From the NCBI GenBank assembly GCA_964508865.1, contig CAZDVP010000001.1, positions 626-64,625 of the forward strand: a DNA stretch of 64,000 bases, read 5' to 3'. The notes beneath the pieces are model-generated. The model was given only the letters and a program-made list of their open reading frames with translations. It had not been told where the DNA came from and did not search any database. The first letter of the stretch is position 1; the number at the start of each line of letters is the position of its first letter. The position numbers were made by a program, and so were the translations under genes. Source of the DNA: an uncultured Bacteroides sp. Lineage in GTDB: Bacteria > Bacteroidota > Bacteroidia > Bacteroidales > Muribaculaceae. Shown here piece after piece: positions 42,380-51,901 of the stretch.

Positions 42380-45300
42380 ATGTCCCAAACATTTGATGTC
42401 AATTATAATCTAAATGTCCAAGCGCAAACAGGCATAGATGCGATCAACCGTTTCAAACGTGCTGTTAATTCTTTGACTAAAGTCACTCAGAATCTATCGG
42501 ATATTGAGCGACGTATCCGTGGCGTTTCACAAACTATGACTTCGTTGACTAAATCAACGAACCAAATAAAAATTAACGTGCAACCGGCCACACAATCGTT
42601 AGGTAAACTAATACGTGGTATTCAGAAAGCGAGAACCGAACTTACTCAGCTGCAAACACAAGCTGCCAAGGGAGCCAATGTAAAAACCAATGTCTCCCAG
42701 GCTCGAAATCGCACGGCTTCTACTGCACCTGCCTCTCCTCGAAAATCATCTTATAATCGACCTATTCCGACAACACGTTCAGGAATACCGTTAGTACGAA
42801 ATACTAACGCACTTGGCTATAAACTTTTTGGACCTACGCCCTTACCTAATAATGGTGGGATGGCGATTGATATGCTGAAAGGTATGGGTATCGCATACGG
42901 TATCGCTGGCCTTGGCAGTATGGTTTCCAATATTGTTCAGCAATCTGCTGAATATGACAATATTATGAAAACCGTCGAGAACATCTTGAAAGTTCACGAC
43001 GAGAAGGGTGACTTTGGAAATAGATTCTCTTCCATGTCACAGACAATTCGTAATGTCGGTATGGAGACCAAGTTCAAGGTTACAGAAGTGGCTGATGCAG
43101 CAAAGTTCCTTGCAATGGCAGGTCTGGGCCTGGAAGAGATTCAGCAAGCGATTCGACCAATTGCCGATATTGCGTTGATTGGTGACACAGCTCTTGGTGA
43201 AACTGCTGATATGGTGACTAACATTATGACTGGCTATGGCATCTCGTCTAAAAAGATGAGACACGCTGTGGATGTTATGACCAATACCTTCACCATGTCA
43301 AATACAACCTTGGCAGAAATTGCAGAATCATACAAGTATGCCAACTTGCTTTCGCTTGCTGGAGTTCCGTTTGAGGAAACAACAGCGGCAATTGGTGTGT
43401 TAGGTGATGCTGGTATTAAAGGTTCTCAAGCTGGTACCACTCTTCGTATGATTATGAACAACATTAGTAATCCTACGACATCACAGGCACGAGCTTGGGC
43501 CGCTTTGGGAATCAATACGAAAGACCAAAACGGTAAAACCAGAGATTTGTTGGATATATTCCAAGAACTGAAAGATAAGGGTGCGCAACTTACAGACATT
43601 CAGAAACTATTTAGGATTACAGCCTCTTCAGGTGCTGCCGCCCTTCTTGATCGTGTAGACAAATGGGATAAAGTGTACACTGAGAATTTCTTGTCTCAGG
43701 GGCTATCGTCTCGTTTGGCCGATGAAAAGAAAAATACACTTCAAGGTCTTTGGGCACAGCTAACATCAGTTTTCACAGACAAGGGTGTTACGGCTTTTGG
43801 TGGCATACAGGGTACGATTCGTGGTTTGATGCAACAGTCTATCGCATGGTTGAAAACTGATAAGGTGACTATGCTCTTTAAGCAAGCAGCAAATACAATT
43901 ATGGAATTTATCCGACTAATCATAGATGCAACTAAGAAGTTCTATGATTTCTTCCAGTTGTTTGCTCCGCTTATCAAAACATGGGTTAAGTTCCAGTTGT
44001 TAATATGGCCCATTGTAAAGGCTGTCACTGCTTTCAAGAGCGTATTTTTAGGATTGCTCGGATTACAGAAGGTTTCTTACGTTATTTTTGGTCTCGGCAA
44101 GAGCATTAGATCATTAGGAGCAAGTATGGGCGTTATGAATATGTCCACATCAGGCACTGCCGCAGGTTCAACTGCCGGTGCTATAGGAGGTGGCCGTGTA
44201 ATGTCTCCCTATGGTTTTGCCACTGGATTGCCTTGGCTTGCACCTTTGAGCGAAAGTCAACTTCAAAAAGCCGCATCCGGTTTGAAGAATTTGAAGAAAC
44301 CGCTCCCCTGGAATAGTCAGATGACCCCTGCTATTCAGCAACACTTAAAGCAGAGGACTATTGACTATTATAAATATAACGCTGAAGAGCAGAAGATTTA
44401 CAATCGTCGTGTGCGAAATATGCAACTTCGCGCCGGAGCTTCAAGTCTTGGCAAAATGGGACTCGGTGCGGCTGGAGCATACGTAGGTATGACACAGATG
44501 ACAAAAGAAAATGCAAATGGTTGGGATATAGCTTCTGGTGGTTTGTTCACAGCTGCTGGTATGGCTGCTATGGTTGGTGGCCCGGTTGGTTGGATTGCCG
44601 GAGCTGCACTTGCTATAGGCGGTTTAGCGGCTTCTTTCGCAAGTTTTCAATCTAACCTCAGTGCATTATCGAGTTTTGTGCAATCGTTTTCGTCGTCGCA
44701 TCAGCTTCTTGATGGCGTGTTGTTGAATGGTAGCACTAAAACAGAAAGATACTTGGAATTTGTATGGCGAAAAAATTATGACATCAATGATTTGATTCAA
44801 CGTCGTATAGAACTAACAAAAGAACTTCTTGGAATAGAAACTCCAAATGCAACAACCACTAAGGACGTTGGAAATGAGATTTACAGTCAGATGTATGAGA
44901 GATTCTATGCAGCTGACTCAATTTGGGGGAGTAATGGTGCGGCAAAAAAAGCAGCTGAGTTATTTAATAACTATGGCTCTAAATATGGCATAAAGGTCTT
45001 CAAATCTGATGGTGATTGGGCTTATCAAGATGTTAATGGAAACATTTATAAGTTTAAGAACCCCGACGGCACCACTGATACTAACGATGCTGTCATGTAT
45101 GATGTGGCTGCTGCTCTTGAATTACTTCATGGAAGCTATCGTTCCAAGATTATTGATGAAAACCAGCATCGTCTGGCACAAATGCTTTACGGTCGAGCAA
45201 CCGCAGAAGATGTACGAAATTGGAGAGATACATTTGCGGCTCAATATGGCCCAGCAAGTTGGACATCACTCATCCGTCCAGATCAATGGAATGAAGATAC

Positions 45301-46531
45301 CGATGTTGCAAAATTTTGGAGTGGTGAAGACATCGCTAAGTCTTATATGGGTGCTCAATTACTCTGGAAGAGTATGTTTCAGATGGTGGAGGCTCAAAAC
45401 GCCATTGCCGATTTCAAAACGAAGTTAGAGGCAGGGCAGTTAACAGAAAATGATGTAGTAAAAGCATTGCGCTGGGGTGATTACGATATTCTCGGCCAGA
45501 CTCTTGCTGATTATAATCCCAGTGATGTATACGGTTGGTTCCGAAATATGGGTTATTATGGTGATGGTATATGGCGAGACCCAAGTGGAAGAGAGACTCC
45601 AGAGGTAATGGCTCAAACTGCTGCTGGCCAAATGCAGAGGCTTTTGGAATCTATCCAAAAACTTGGTTTGGAAGCAGACCCATCAACACAGGCTCTTCAG
45701 ACCTATGCCAATACATTACTTACGCTTGCAGAATCTTTTCTCGGACAAAATGAGGCCATTTCTGGTTCGCATGATGGAGAAAAAAAGGTAATTAACGGTC
45801 AAACATGGCGTTGGAACGCAAGCACTCAGCAATGGGAATTATTGGATGATAATAATCAGCCGGCTCAGATTTCTCAGGGGCTTGTTGATATGTCTAACAA
45901 TATGACTAATTTGCTTAATACTGTCCAAACAGTTAATTCTGAATGGCCTACATCATTCCTTGATATAGCCCAAATGACCAGACCGGTAGCGACATCTTGT
46001 GACAATTTGTCACTATATAATTGGAGTAATTTACCTACTTGTGACAATTCGTCACCATATAATTTATCAACTTTATGGAACTTACCTTCATCACAACCAA
46101 GATTTATGGACTGGATGAACTTTGGACCCTCAAATAATGAGCAAAGTGGATCTGGTAAAAATAATTTCTTAGCACGGGCTATGGGTCTCACGACTAAAGG
46201 TGTAACAATGACCCCTCAGCAAATGGGTAATGTTATTAAAAATACCACAACTACTACGCCCATTACTACTACGCCTACAGGCACAACAACCCATCCTCAT
46301 AATGGTCAAGATGGTGCGGATCCTTCTAAATATCGTAACCATTATAATCAAGGGAACGCTGCTCCCAAACAGATCAATGTCACCATTAAAAACTTAATGG
46401 CAGTAGATAAAATTGACCTCAGTAATCCTAATAATATTGCTGTGATTAACAATCTCAAAGAACAATTGGCGCAGGCTCTCGTTGACGTTGTAGCAGATAG
46501 TGATGTCATGTTAGCCGGTCTCACAACATAG
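42380..46531 (+). CDS. tail tape measure protein
   Basis: 1383 aa. It has the conserved TMP core (AKFLAMAGLGLEEIQQAIRPIADIALIGDTALGETADMVTNIMTGYGI), Gly-rich TM-like segments, and sits after the chaperone. Confidence 0.85.
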   Translation: MSQTFDVNYNLNVQAQTGIDAINRFKRAVNSLTKVTQNLSDIERRIRGVSQTMTSLTKSTNQIKINVQPATQSLGKLIRGIQKARTELTQLQTQAAKGANVKTNVSQARNRTASTAPASPRKSSYNRPIPTTRSGIPLVRNTNALGYKLFGPTPLPNNGGMAIDMLKGMGIAYGIAGLGSMVSNIVQQSAEYDNIMKTVENILKVHDEKGDFGNRFSSMSQTIRNVGMETKFKVTEVADAAKFLAMAGLGLEEIQQAIRPIADIALIGDTALGETADMVTNIMTGYGISSKKMRHAVDVMTNTFTMSNTTLAEIAESYKYANLLSLAGVPFEETTAAIGVLGDAGIKGSQAGTTLRMIMNNISNPTTSQARAWAALGINTKDQNGKTRDLLDIFQELKDKGAQLTDIQKLFRITASSGAAALLDRVDKWDKVYTENFLSQGLSSRLADEKKNTLQGLWAQLTSVFTDKGVTAFGGIQGTIRGLMQQSIAWLKTDKVTMLFKQAANTIMEFIRLIIDATKKFYDFFQLFAPLIKTWVKFQLLIWPIVKAVTAFKSVFLGLLGLQKVSYVIFGLGKSIRSLGASMGVMNMSTSGTAAGSTAGAIGGGRVMSPYGFATGLPWLAPLSESQLQKAASGLKNLKKPLPWNSQMTPAIQQHLKQRTIDYYKYNAEEQKIYNRRVRNMQLRAGASSLGKMGLGAAGAYVGMTQMTKENANGWDIASGGLFTAAGMAAMVGGPVGWIAGAALAIGGLAASFASFQSNLSALSSFVQSFSSSHQLLDGVLLNGSTKTERYLEFVWRKNYDINDLIQRRIELTKELLGIETPNATTTKDVGNEIYSQMYERFYAADSIWGSNGAAKKAAELFNNYGSKYGIKVFKSDGDWAYQDVNGNIYKFKNPDGTTDTNDAVMYDVAAALELLHGSYRSKIIDENQHRLAQMLYGRATAEDVRNWRDTFAAQYGPASWTSLIRPDQWNEDTDVAKFWSGEDIAKSYMGAQLLWKSMFQMVEAQNAIADFKTKLEAGQLTENDVVKALRWGDYDILGQTLADYNPSDVYGWFRNMGYYGDGIWRDPSGRETPEVMAQTAAGQMQRLLESIQKLGLEADPSTQALQTYANTLLTLAESFLGQNEAISGSHDGEKKVINGQTWRWNASTQQWELLDDNNQPAQISQGLVDMSNNMTNLLNTVQTVNSEWPTSFLDIAQMTRPVATSCDNLSLYNWSNLPTCDNSSPYNLSTLWNLPSSQPRFMDWMNFGPSNNEQSGSGKNNFLARAMGLTTKGVTMTPQQMGNVIKNTTTTTPITTTPTGTTTHPHNGQDGADPSKYRNHYNQGNAAPKQINVTIKNLMAVDKIDLSNPNNIAVINNLKEQLAQALVDVVADSDVMLAGLTT

Positions 46532-46540
46532 GAAATTGCA

Positions 46541-47584
46541 ATGAGTTATTTTGGCCCAATTTGGAGTTCGTTGAAATTTAGCACCGGCAAAGCTCTTCTT
46601 GATTTTGCCGGTGGCTATAATCAACGTCTCCCTTATAGAAGTGATAACGTTGAATACAAAAATGTTCGTCATAAAAGTGCGTTAGTACATATTGCCAAAC
46701 AGCTGGCCATGTCTACACTGGAGGGCGAACTAAACCTTCTTGTTCCCAGATACAGAAGATATTTGGAAAAGACGTTACGCGATGTAGTTCTTGAACAGCA
46801 GAAAAATAACCAAAATTTTGTTCAACTTATTAAAGATGAACAGATAAGCAATAATGAATGGGGTAAAGTAACTACCGAGGATGAAGGGCGAACTATTCAG
46901 GCTGTAGACAGGTATGGCACCCCAGTTCCTGAAGCGTTAATTCTATACATAGAGGACACTGAAACTCATACTGTTTCAAAAAAGACGAATGATCCAGTCT
47001 CAGGAGCAGTAATTGAGACTCCAGAAGAAACTAAGGTAGTGGATCATATTGACCTATCCCCTCAAATATCAGTTAATAGTAGCAAAAATATTGTCTTAAC
47101 ACAAGTTCAAGGTCGTGATTATACACGAAAAGAATTGGTATCTGGTGGTGATATTTCTTTTTCAGTAAATGGTTCTATTGTTTCACACAATGAAGGAGAG
47201 TACCCGGAAAATGCTGTAAAGAAGTTCATCCAGATTATGCAGTATAATGGTATAGTCCATGTGAAATCCATGTTGTTCGACCAATTTAATGTTGACAAGA
47301 TTGTAATCAAGGATTTTTCATTAAGTAATCCCGAATACAAAAACATTCAGCCATATTCTTTTTCCTGTGTAGCAATAGAACCGGACGAAGATGTCAAGAT
47401 CACACAGGACACCATCTCTGTTCTTAACCGAGAATTGCAAATCAGTCCGATGAGCAAATGGTATAACTTTATACTTAATAGCAAGTGGGGTGACATGGCA
47501 ACCTCAGCAGTAGTAAACACAGCGTCAAGCATGGCTACGCAAGCCGCCGGAAGCGGTTTGGACGCACTAATTCCTAATATTTAA
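46541..47584 (+). CDS. tail/baseplate protein
   Basis: 347 aa, called from its position after the tape measure. Confidence 0.45.
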   Translation: MSYFGPIWSSLKFSTGKALLDFAGGYNQRLPYRSDNVEYKNVRHKSALVHIAKQLAMSTLEGELNLLVPRYRRYLEKTLRDVVLEQQKNNQNFVQLIKDEQISNNEWGKVTTEDEGRTIQAVDRYGTPVPEALILYIEDTETHTVSKKTNDPVSGAVIETPEETKVVDHIDLSPQISVNSSKNIVLTQVQGRDYTRKELVSGGDISFSVNGSIVSHNEGEYPENAVKKFIQIMQYNGIVHVKSMLFDQFNVDKIVIKDFSLSNPEYKNIQPYSFSCVAIEPDEDVKITQDTISVLNRELQISPMSKWYNFILNSKWGDMATSAVVNTASSMATQAAGSGLDALIPNI

Positions 47585-49083
47585 TGGCTTACAATTCTGA
47601 ACAACCCAGCTTCCAGATCTTGATATGTTGCATCAAGATCTGGAATGTCAAGGACTCGGCAAATGTCATGTCGGTACCTGATGACGCAATGCTTATCAGT
47701 GAAGTATCTGAAATTGAAATCGAGGAATCGTATAAAAAATTGATATGGAACGCTTCAGTCAAATTCCCTCGTGGTACTGTTGTTCGCAAAACTATTACAC
47801 CGGAGAACCAAAACGAGATAGCTGATGACCCTTCACTCGGCGTATCGACAAATAATTCCGGTGTTATCGAAGAGGTACGTAAGAACTCTTCAGTAGCCAC
47901 AAATGAGATGTTTAAGCCGGGGCAGCGTATTCGGATATATTTAGGTTATACCGATGACCCAGAGATTGCCCGAATTGCAAAAACTAATGCCACCGGCAAA
48001 ACCATATTTAACGATAAACAGACATTAACCAAATACACGGAGGACGCTCAATATCTGGCAGAGAAAGCTATGCACATTATGTTTGATGGGTATATCACAA
48101 AAGTAAGTGTTGATACACCCATTGAATTATATTGCGAAAATCTTCTTTCCAGCTTAAAGTCCATCACCTGCCCTAAAAAGACTTTGACAAAAGCCACTAT
48201 CAATGACATTATTGGGCCTGATGGCAAACTCAAATTGCTGGAGGGCACCGGTCTAAAACTTCATTCAGATACCGTGGCTACTGAGTTTAGCATTGGCAAG
48301 ATAGAATTGGTGCCGGACTTAACATTGGCTGATGTGTTGACAGAATGGGCCAAATACGGAATATACTGCTATTACTGTGACGATAATGGGGAGCCGGCCA
48401 TTCAAATCGCTCGTGCCTATTTTTCCAGCAAAAACAATGACCCGAAACTTAAAGGTTCAATTATGAACGCTAATTCGGAAGTTGTTACGCCTATCAAAAT
48501 ATTATTTGATTATCATGTGGCTCAAAATGGTTTATCGGCCACTATTGCTGAAAAAGATTTTATAGGTGTTGAGGCTGAGGGTTTGGCGAATGAAGGGGGT
48601 AAAGATAAGTTCATTCACATGACTATCTTGAAAAATCCTAAGTACAAAGAAGGAGATCCTCCAGATGACAAGTACCGTGTCGTAAATGAATCGACATTAT
48701 CAAAAAAAGCCATGAAACTTGGATGCCGTCCACTGTCAAAGGCAAAGGATCATGTGGATATGAAATTATACACCAAGATACCATACCATTCTCGAAAAAT
48801 ACCGGTTACGCGAGACGAACTTTTGGAGGAAGCCATTCAGTATCTTGAAGGGTACAATGTCAATGGCATTGAAGGCTCTCTCACTCTGTTTGGCGATTTG
48901 CACCTCCATACAGCAACCAAAGTAGAACTCGTAGATAACCGTTATCCGGGTAAGAATGGCTATTATTTGGTAGAGGAAGTCAATACGACATTTGGTGTAG
49001 ACGGCTACCGTCAGACAATTAAAATGCCGTATTGTATAAAACGAATAGGTAAAACTGATTCAGAGAACAATGAGCAACAATAG
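47584..49083 (+). CDS. baseplate hub protein (gpD / Mu P-like)
   Basis: The C-terminus reads GSLTLFGDLHLHTATKVELVDNRYPGKNGYYLVEEVNTTFGVDGYRQTIKM, which is a gpD-like pattern. Confidence 0.55.
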   Translation: MAYNSEQPSFQILICCIKIWNVKDSANVMSVPDDAMLISEVSEIEIEESYKKLIWNASVKFPRGTVVRKTITPENQNEIADDPSLGVSTNNSGVIEEVRKNSSVATNEMFKPGQRIRIYLGYTDDPEIARIAKTNATGKTIFNDKQTLTKYTEDAQYLAEKAMHIMFDGYITKVSVDTPIELYCENLLSSLKSITCPKKTLTKATINDIIGPDGKLKLLEGTGLKLHSDTVATEFSIGKIELVPDLTLADVLTEWAKYGIYCYYCDDNGEPAIQIARAYFSSKNNDPKLKGSIMNANSEVVTPIKILFDYHVAQNGLSATIAEKDFIGVEAEGLANEGGKDKFIHMTILKNPKYKEGDPPDDKYRVVNESTLSKKAMKLGCRPLSKAKDHVDMKLYTKIPYHSRKIPVTRDELLEEAIQYLEGYNVNGIEGSLTLFGDLHLHTATKVELVDNRYPGKNGYYLVEEVNTTFGVDGYRQTIKMPYCIKRIGKTDSENNEQQ

Positions 49084-50038
49084 GCCACATACAAGTTTGA
49101 ACTCAAACGCAATCATTAGAGATGCGATTCGTAGGATTGCTCTGAAAGGTATTGTAAATAACGCTACCGGTGCCGTAAGAGGTACTGGTAGAGTTAGTGG
49201 TTATGTCGCTAAAATTCACGATGATGAAAGCGATGAACTTTTCGGTACCATTGATGTCCAGGAGTACGTTCAGCTTGCCGTTGATGAAAACGATGAGATG
49301 CAGATGGGTTATCACGAAGGTGTGTTGCTCAGTGCTATTCAAGATAACTCGAAAGGCTATGTCATTGTACCGAAACTTTATTCTGAAGTTTTGGTTAGTC
49401 ATGATTCGGATTCCGGAACGGAATATGTGTCAATGTACTCGCACGTTGACCTTATCCAGTTGGACGCTCACGAAACGATTTCTATTGGAGTAAAAGAGCG
49501 TGAGGAATGGGAAGACAGTGAAGACTCCCCAGATATTGATGAACTCGAAGAAACCGGGGTTTTCTCCAATACCACATACCTCAAAGATTCAATCACCAGT
49601 GAGGTTCATAAAGAGAAGGGTTCCCATATATCGAAAACAGAATTGACTGGCGAGAAACTGACCGCCAGTATTGATGATGGCCAAACTACTGTAGAAATGG
49701 ATAAACAGCAAATTCACATGAAGCGTGAAAATGCTGAAGTCACCATAACTTCTGATAAAATTGAAGAAAAGGTTGGAAGTACAACAATCACTACAGAGAA
49801 TGGCAAAGTTCATCTGGGAAGCACTTCAGGAACAGACAATGCAGTGCTTGGTAAAGAGTTGGCTGGAGTCCTTTCAGAATTGGTGCAGTATTTGGGTCAA
49901 ATGATGACCCCGACGATGATGGGGCCTCAGCCCCCGGCCAATGTTGTTGCCAGCTTTATTTCACTCAAAGCAAAAATTGATGCTTTCAAGGCAAGTCAAA
50001 GTGGATTCTTAACCCAAAAGGTAATGGTTCAGAAATAA
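49070..50038 (+). CDS. baseplate spike/assembly protein (gpV-like, tentative)
   Basis: 322 aa, called from position. Confidence 0.4.
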   Translation: MSNNRPHTSLNSNAIIRDAIRRIALKGIVNNATGAVRGTGRVSGYVAKIHDDESDELFGTIDVQEYVQLAVDENDEMQMGYHEGVLLSAIQDNSKGYVIVPKLYSEVLVSHDSDSGTEYVSMYSHVDLIQLDAHETISIGVKEREEWEDSEDSPDIDELEETGVFSNTTYLKDSITSEVHKEKGSHISKTELTGEKLTASIDDGQTTVEMDKQQIHMKRENAEVTITSDKIEEKVGSTTITTENGKVHLGSTSGTDNAVLGKELAGVLSELVQYLGQMMTPTMMGPQPPANVVASFISLKAKIDAFKASQSGFLTQKVMVQK

Positions 50039-51900
50039 TGTCAGAAGCCAAATTAAATTTTAACCCCGATACCCTCGATCCTTCATCTGCATTATACGAC
50101 CTTTATTCAAGGTTGTATCAGGGTATGCACGATGCAAATGAAGTAGATGTTCCGGATTTTACTTCCAATCCACCATATCTAACCAATAGTGATGGCTCTA
50201 TAAAGAAAGATGATTTGGGTGTACCCCAAGTCGATCATGGTGCCATCGCTACGAAATTATCAGAGTTCTCAGATATTTTGATGAAGAACTCAGCCTATCT
50301 TTTTGCCAGTGCTATATTAACAGTAGTTGGTGGTAATTCCGGTGGCGGTGGAACTGCTGGGGTTGGCTTTGTTTCTCGTAATGGTGATTCAATGGTAGGC
50401 AAATTATCTGCCAATTATGGGTTTGAATCTGGTATGAATGGTACAAAGATTTTCGAGACCATAATTGATGCGGATTCAAACTCTTGGGCCATTGTTACCG
50501 GAAGCCTTAGAGTAACTGATGATGCGACTGTGGGTGGCCAGCTAAATCTTTCTGAAAAGGGCATTTATTTCGGAGGCAATCAGGTCATCAGTTATGGCAA
50601 TTCTACGCTTAATATAGTAAATCAGAATATTGCTTTCAAAGGCGATATTACTGTCGATGGTTCATTTGAATTAGGTCAGGTCACAATAAATCAGAACGGC
50701 ATATTCTGGGATGGTAAAGAGTTTTATCATAGTGGAAATAGCAATAAGTCTGATGTGGATTGGACTATGAAGGATGCCAATGTATATGGCAACTTGGAGG
50801 TCAAAGGCTCCGCTACACTTGATGGAAGACTGACTGCTTTGAAAGGATTTGACCTTGGAGAATTAGGTCAAAAGCTGTTCTACAGTGAAGTTAAAGATGT
50901 TACAGCAGATGACGGCACCGTTACCCAGGTTCCATATATTACATTAGCGACCGATCTCTCTATTGTCGATGGGTACGGAATTAAGTTTGATGATTTGTAT
51001 ATCGTCAAGACAAGAACCGGAAGCACCAAGGTAGTCTCATTCTCCGCCCCAGGAATGGTAATGAATCTCGGTGATTCAAATGAAAGAGATGCAGACGGGA
51101 ATCCCATAACGCCTACTCAATATATTGCTCTTCAGGCGAATATTAAGAATTATAACGGAGCCTATGATATGGTCTCTTATAATGGCGATGGTAACTTCCC
51201 CAACTCTTTTAGTGCTGGCTGTTATAATTCCGGTCCCACCGTTATACGCACATTTGCGACAGATGCAGATAATTGTGGAATTGTGGTGCCTCGTCAGGTA
51301 AGGTTCGGTTCGGTTTCCGGCCCGATGCTCTATGGAGATGGGGCGGCGTTGAAAGGCACAATGCCTTATACGGTCAATACAGGTGGATCTTCGACCATAT
51401 ATTCAATCCCCTTCTCGGCCTACTATGGAGAGACAACTTCCTTGTTTAAGGCACAGAACTCTACATGGTCTGCCACCCTCAGATTGGACACTGATGCAGA
51501 GTTCTTTGGGTTTGAGAAGCCTATTGAAGCAATTTTTTTCTCAGTAAAAAGTGAGCAGTATAAAACTCGCTTACAGGAAAATGCTCTATTCTTTGATGAC
51601 GGCAAGTTCTTAGAAGGGGTAACTGACGGCATTAGACATACCGGAAATTCTTACTTCGACGGAAGCCTCTCGTCTTTTGACCCAGATAACGGCACTCCCA
51701 GTTTTTCAAGTGGGTTTGCCGGAAAAGGTTGGGCGATTATGGAAGATGAAACGTATGGCGGTATTCATGCCACCTTCGATACAATCACCATTCGCAAAAA
51801 GGCGAGATTCTATGAGCTTGAAGTTCAAAAAATATCAGTAACCAATGGATCTCTCTGGGTAAGCGACTCTTGCTCTGGAGATGAAGTAAGAGAATTATAA
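50038..51900 (+). CDS. baseplate/tail fibre protein
   Basis: 620 aa, Gly/Ser/Asn-rich with beta-like repeats. Confidence 0.45.
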   Translation: MSEAKLNFNPDTLDPSSALYDLYSRLYQGMHDANEVDVPDFTSNPPYLTNSDGSIKKDDLGVPQVDHGAIATKLSEFSDILMKNSAYLFASAILTVVGGNSGGGGTAGVGFVSRNGDSMVGKLSANYGFESGMNGTKIFETIIDADSNSWAIVTGSLRVTDDATVGGQLNLSEKGIYFGGNQVISYGNSTLNIVNQNIAFKGDITVDGSFELGQVTINQNGIFWDGKEFYHSGNSNKSDVDWTMKDANVYGNLEVKGSATLDGRLTALKGFDLGELGQKLFYSEVKDVTADDGTVTQVPYITLATDLSIVDGYGIKFDDLYIVKTRTGSTKVVSFSAPGMVMNLGDSNERDADGNPITPTQYIALQANIKNYNGAYDMVSYNGDGNFPNSFSAGCYNSGPTVIRTFATDADNCGIVVPRQVRFGSVSGPMLYGDGAALKGTMPYTVNTGGSSTIYSIPFSAYYGETTSLFKAQNSTWSATLRLDTDAEFFGFEKPIEAIFFSVKSEQYKTRLQENALFFDDGKFLEGVTDGIRHTGNSYFDGSLSSFDPDNGTPSFSSGFAGKGWAIMEDETYGGIHATFDTITIRKKARFYELEVQKISVTNGSLWVSDSCSGDEVREL

Positions 51901-51901
51901 C

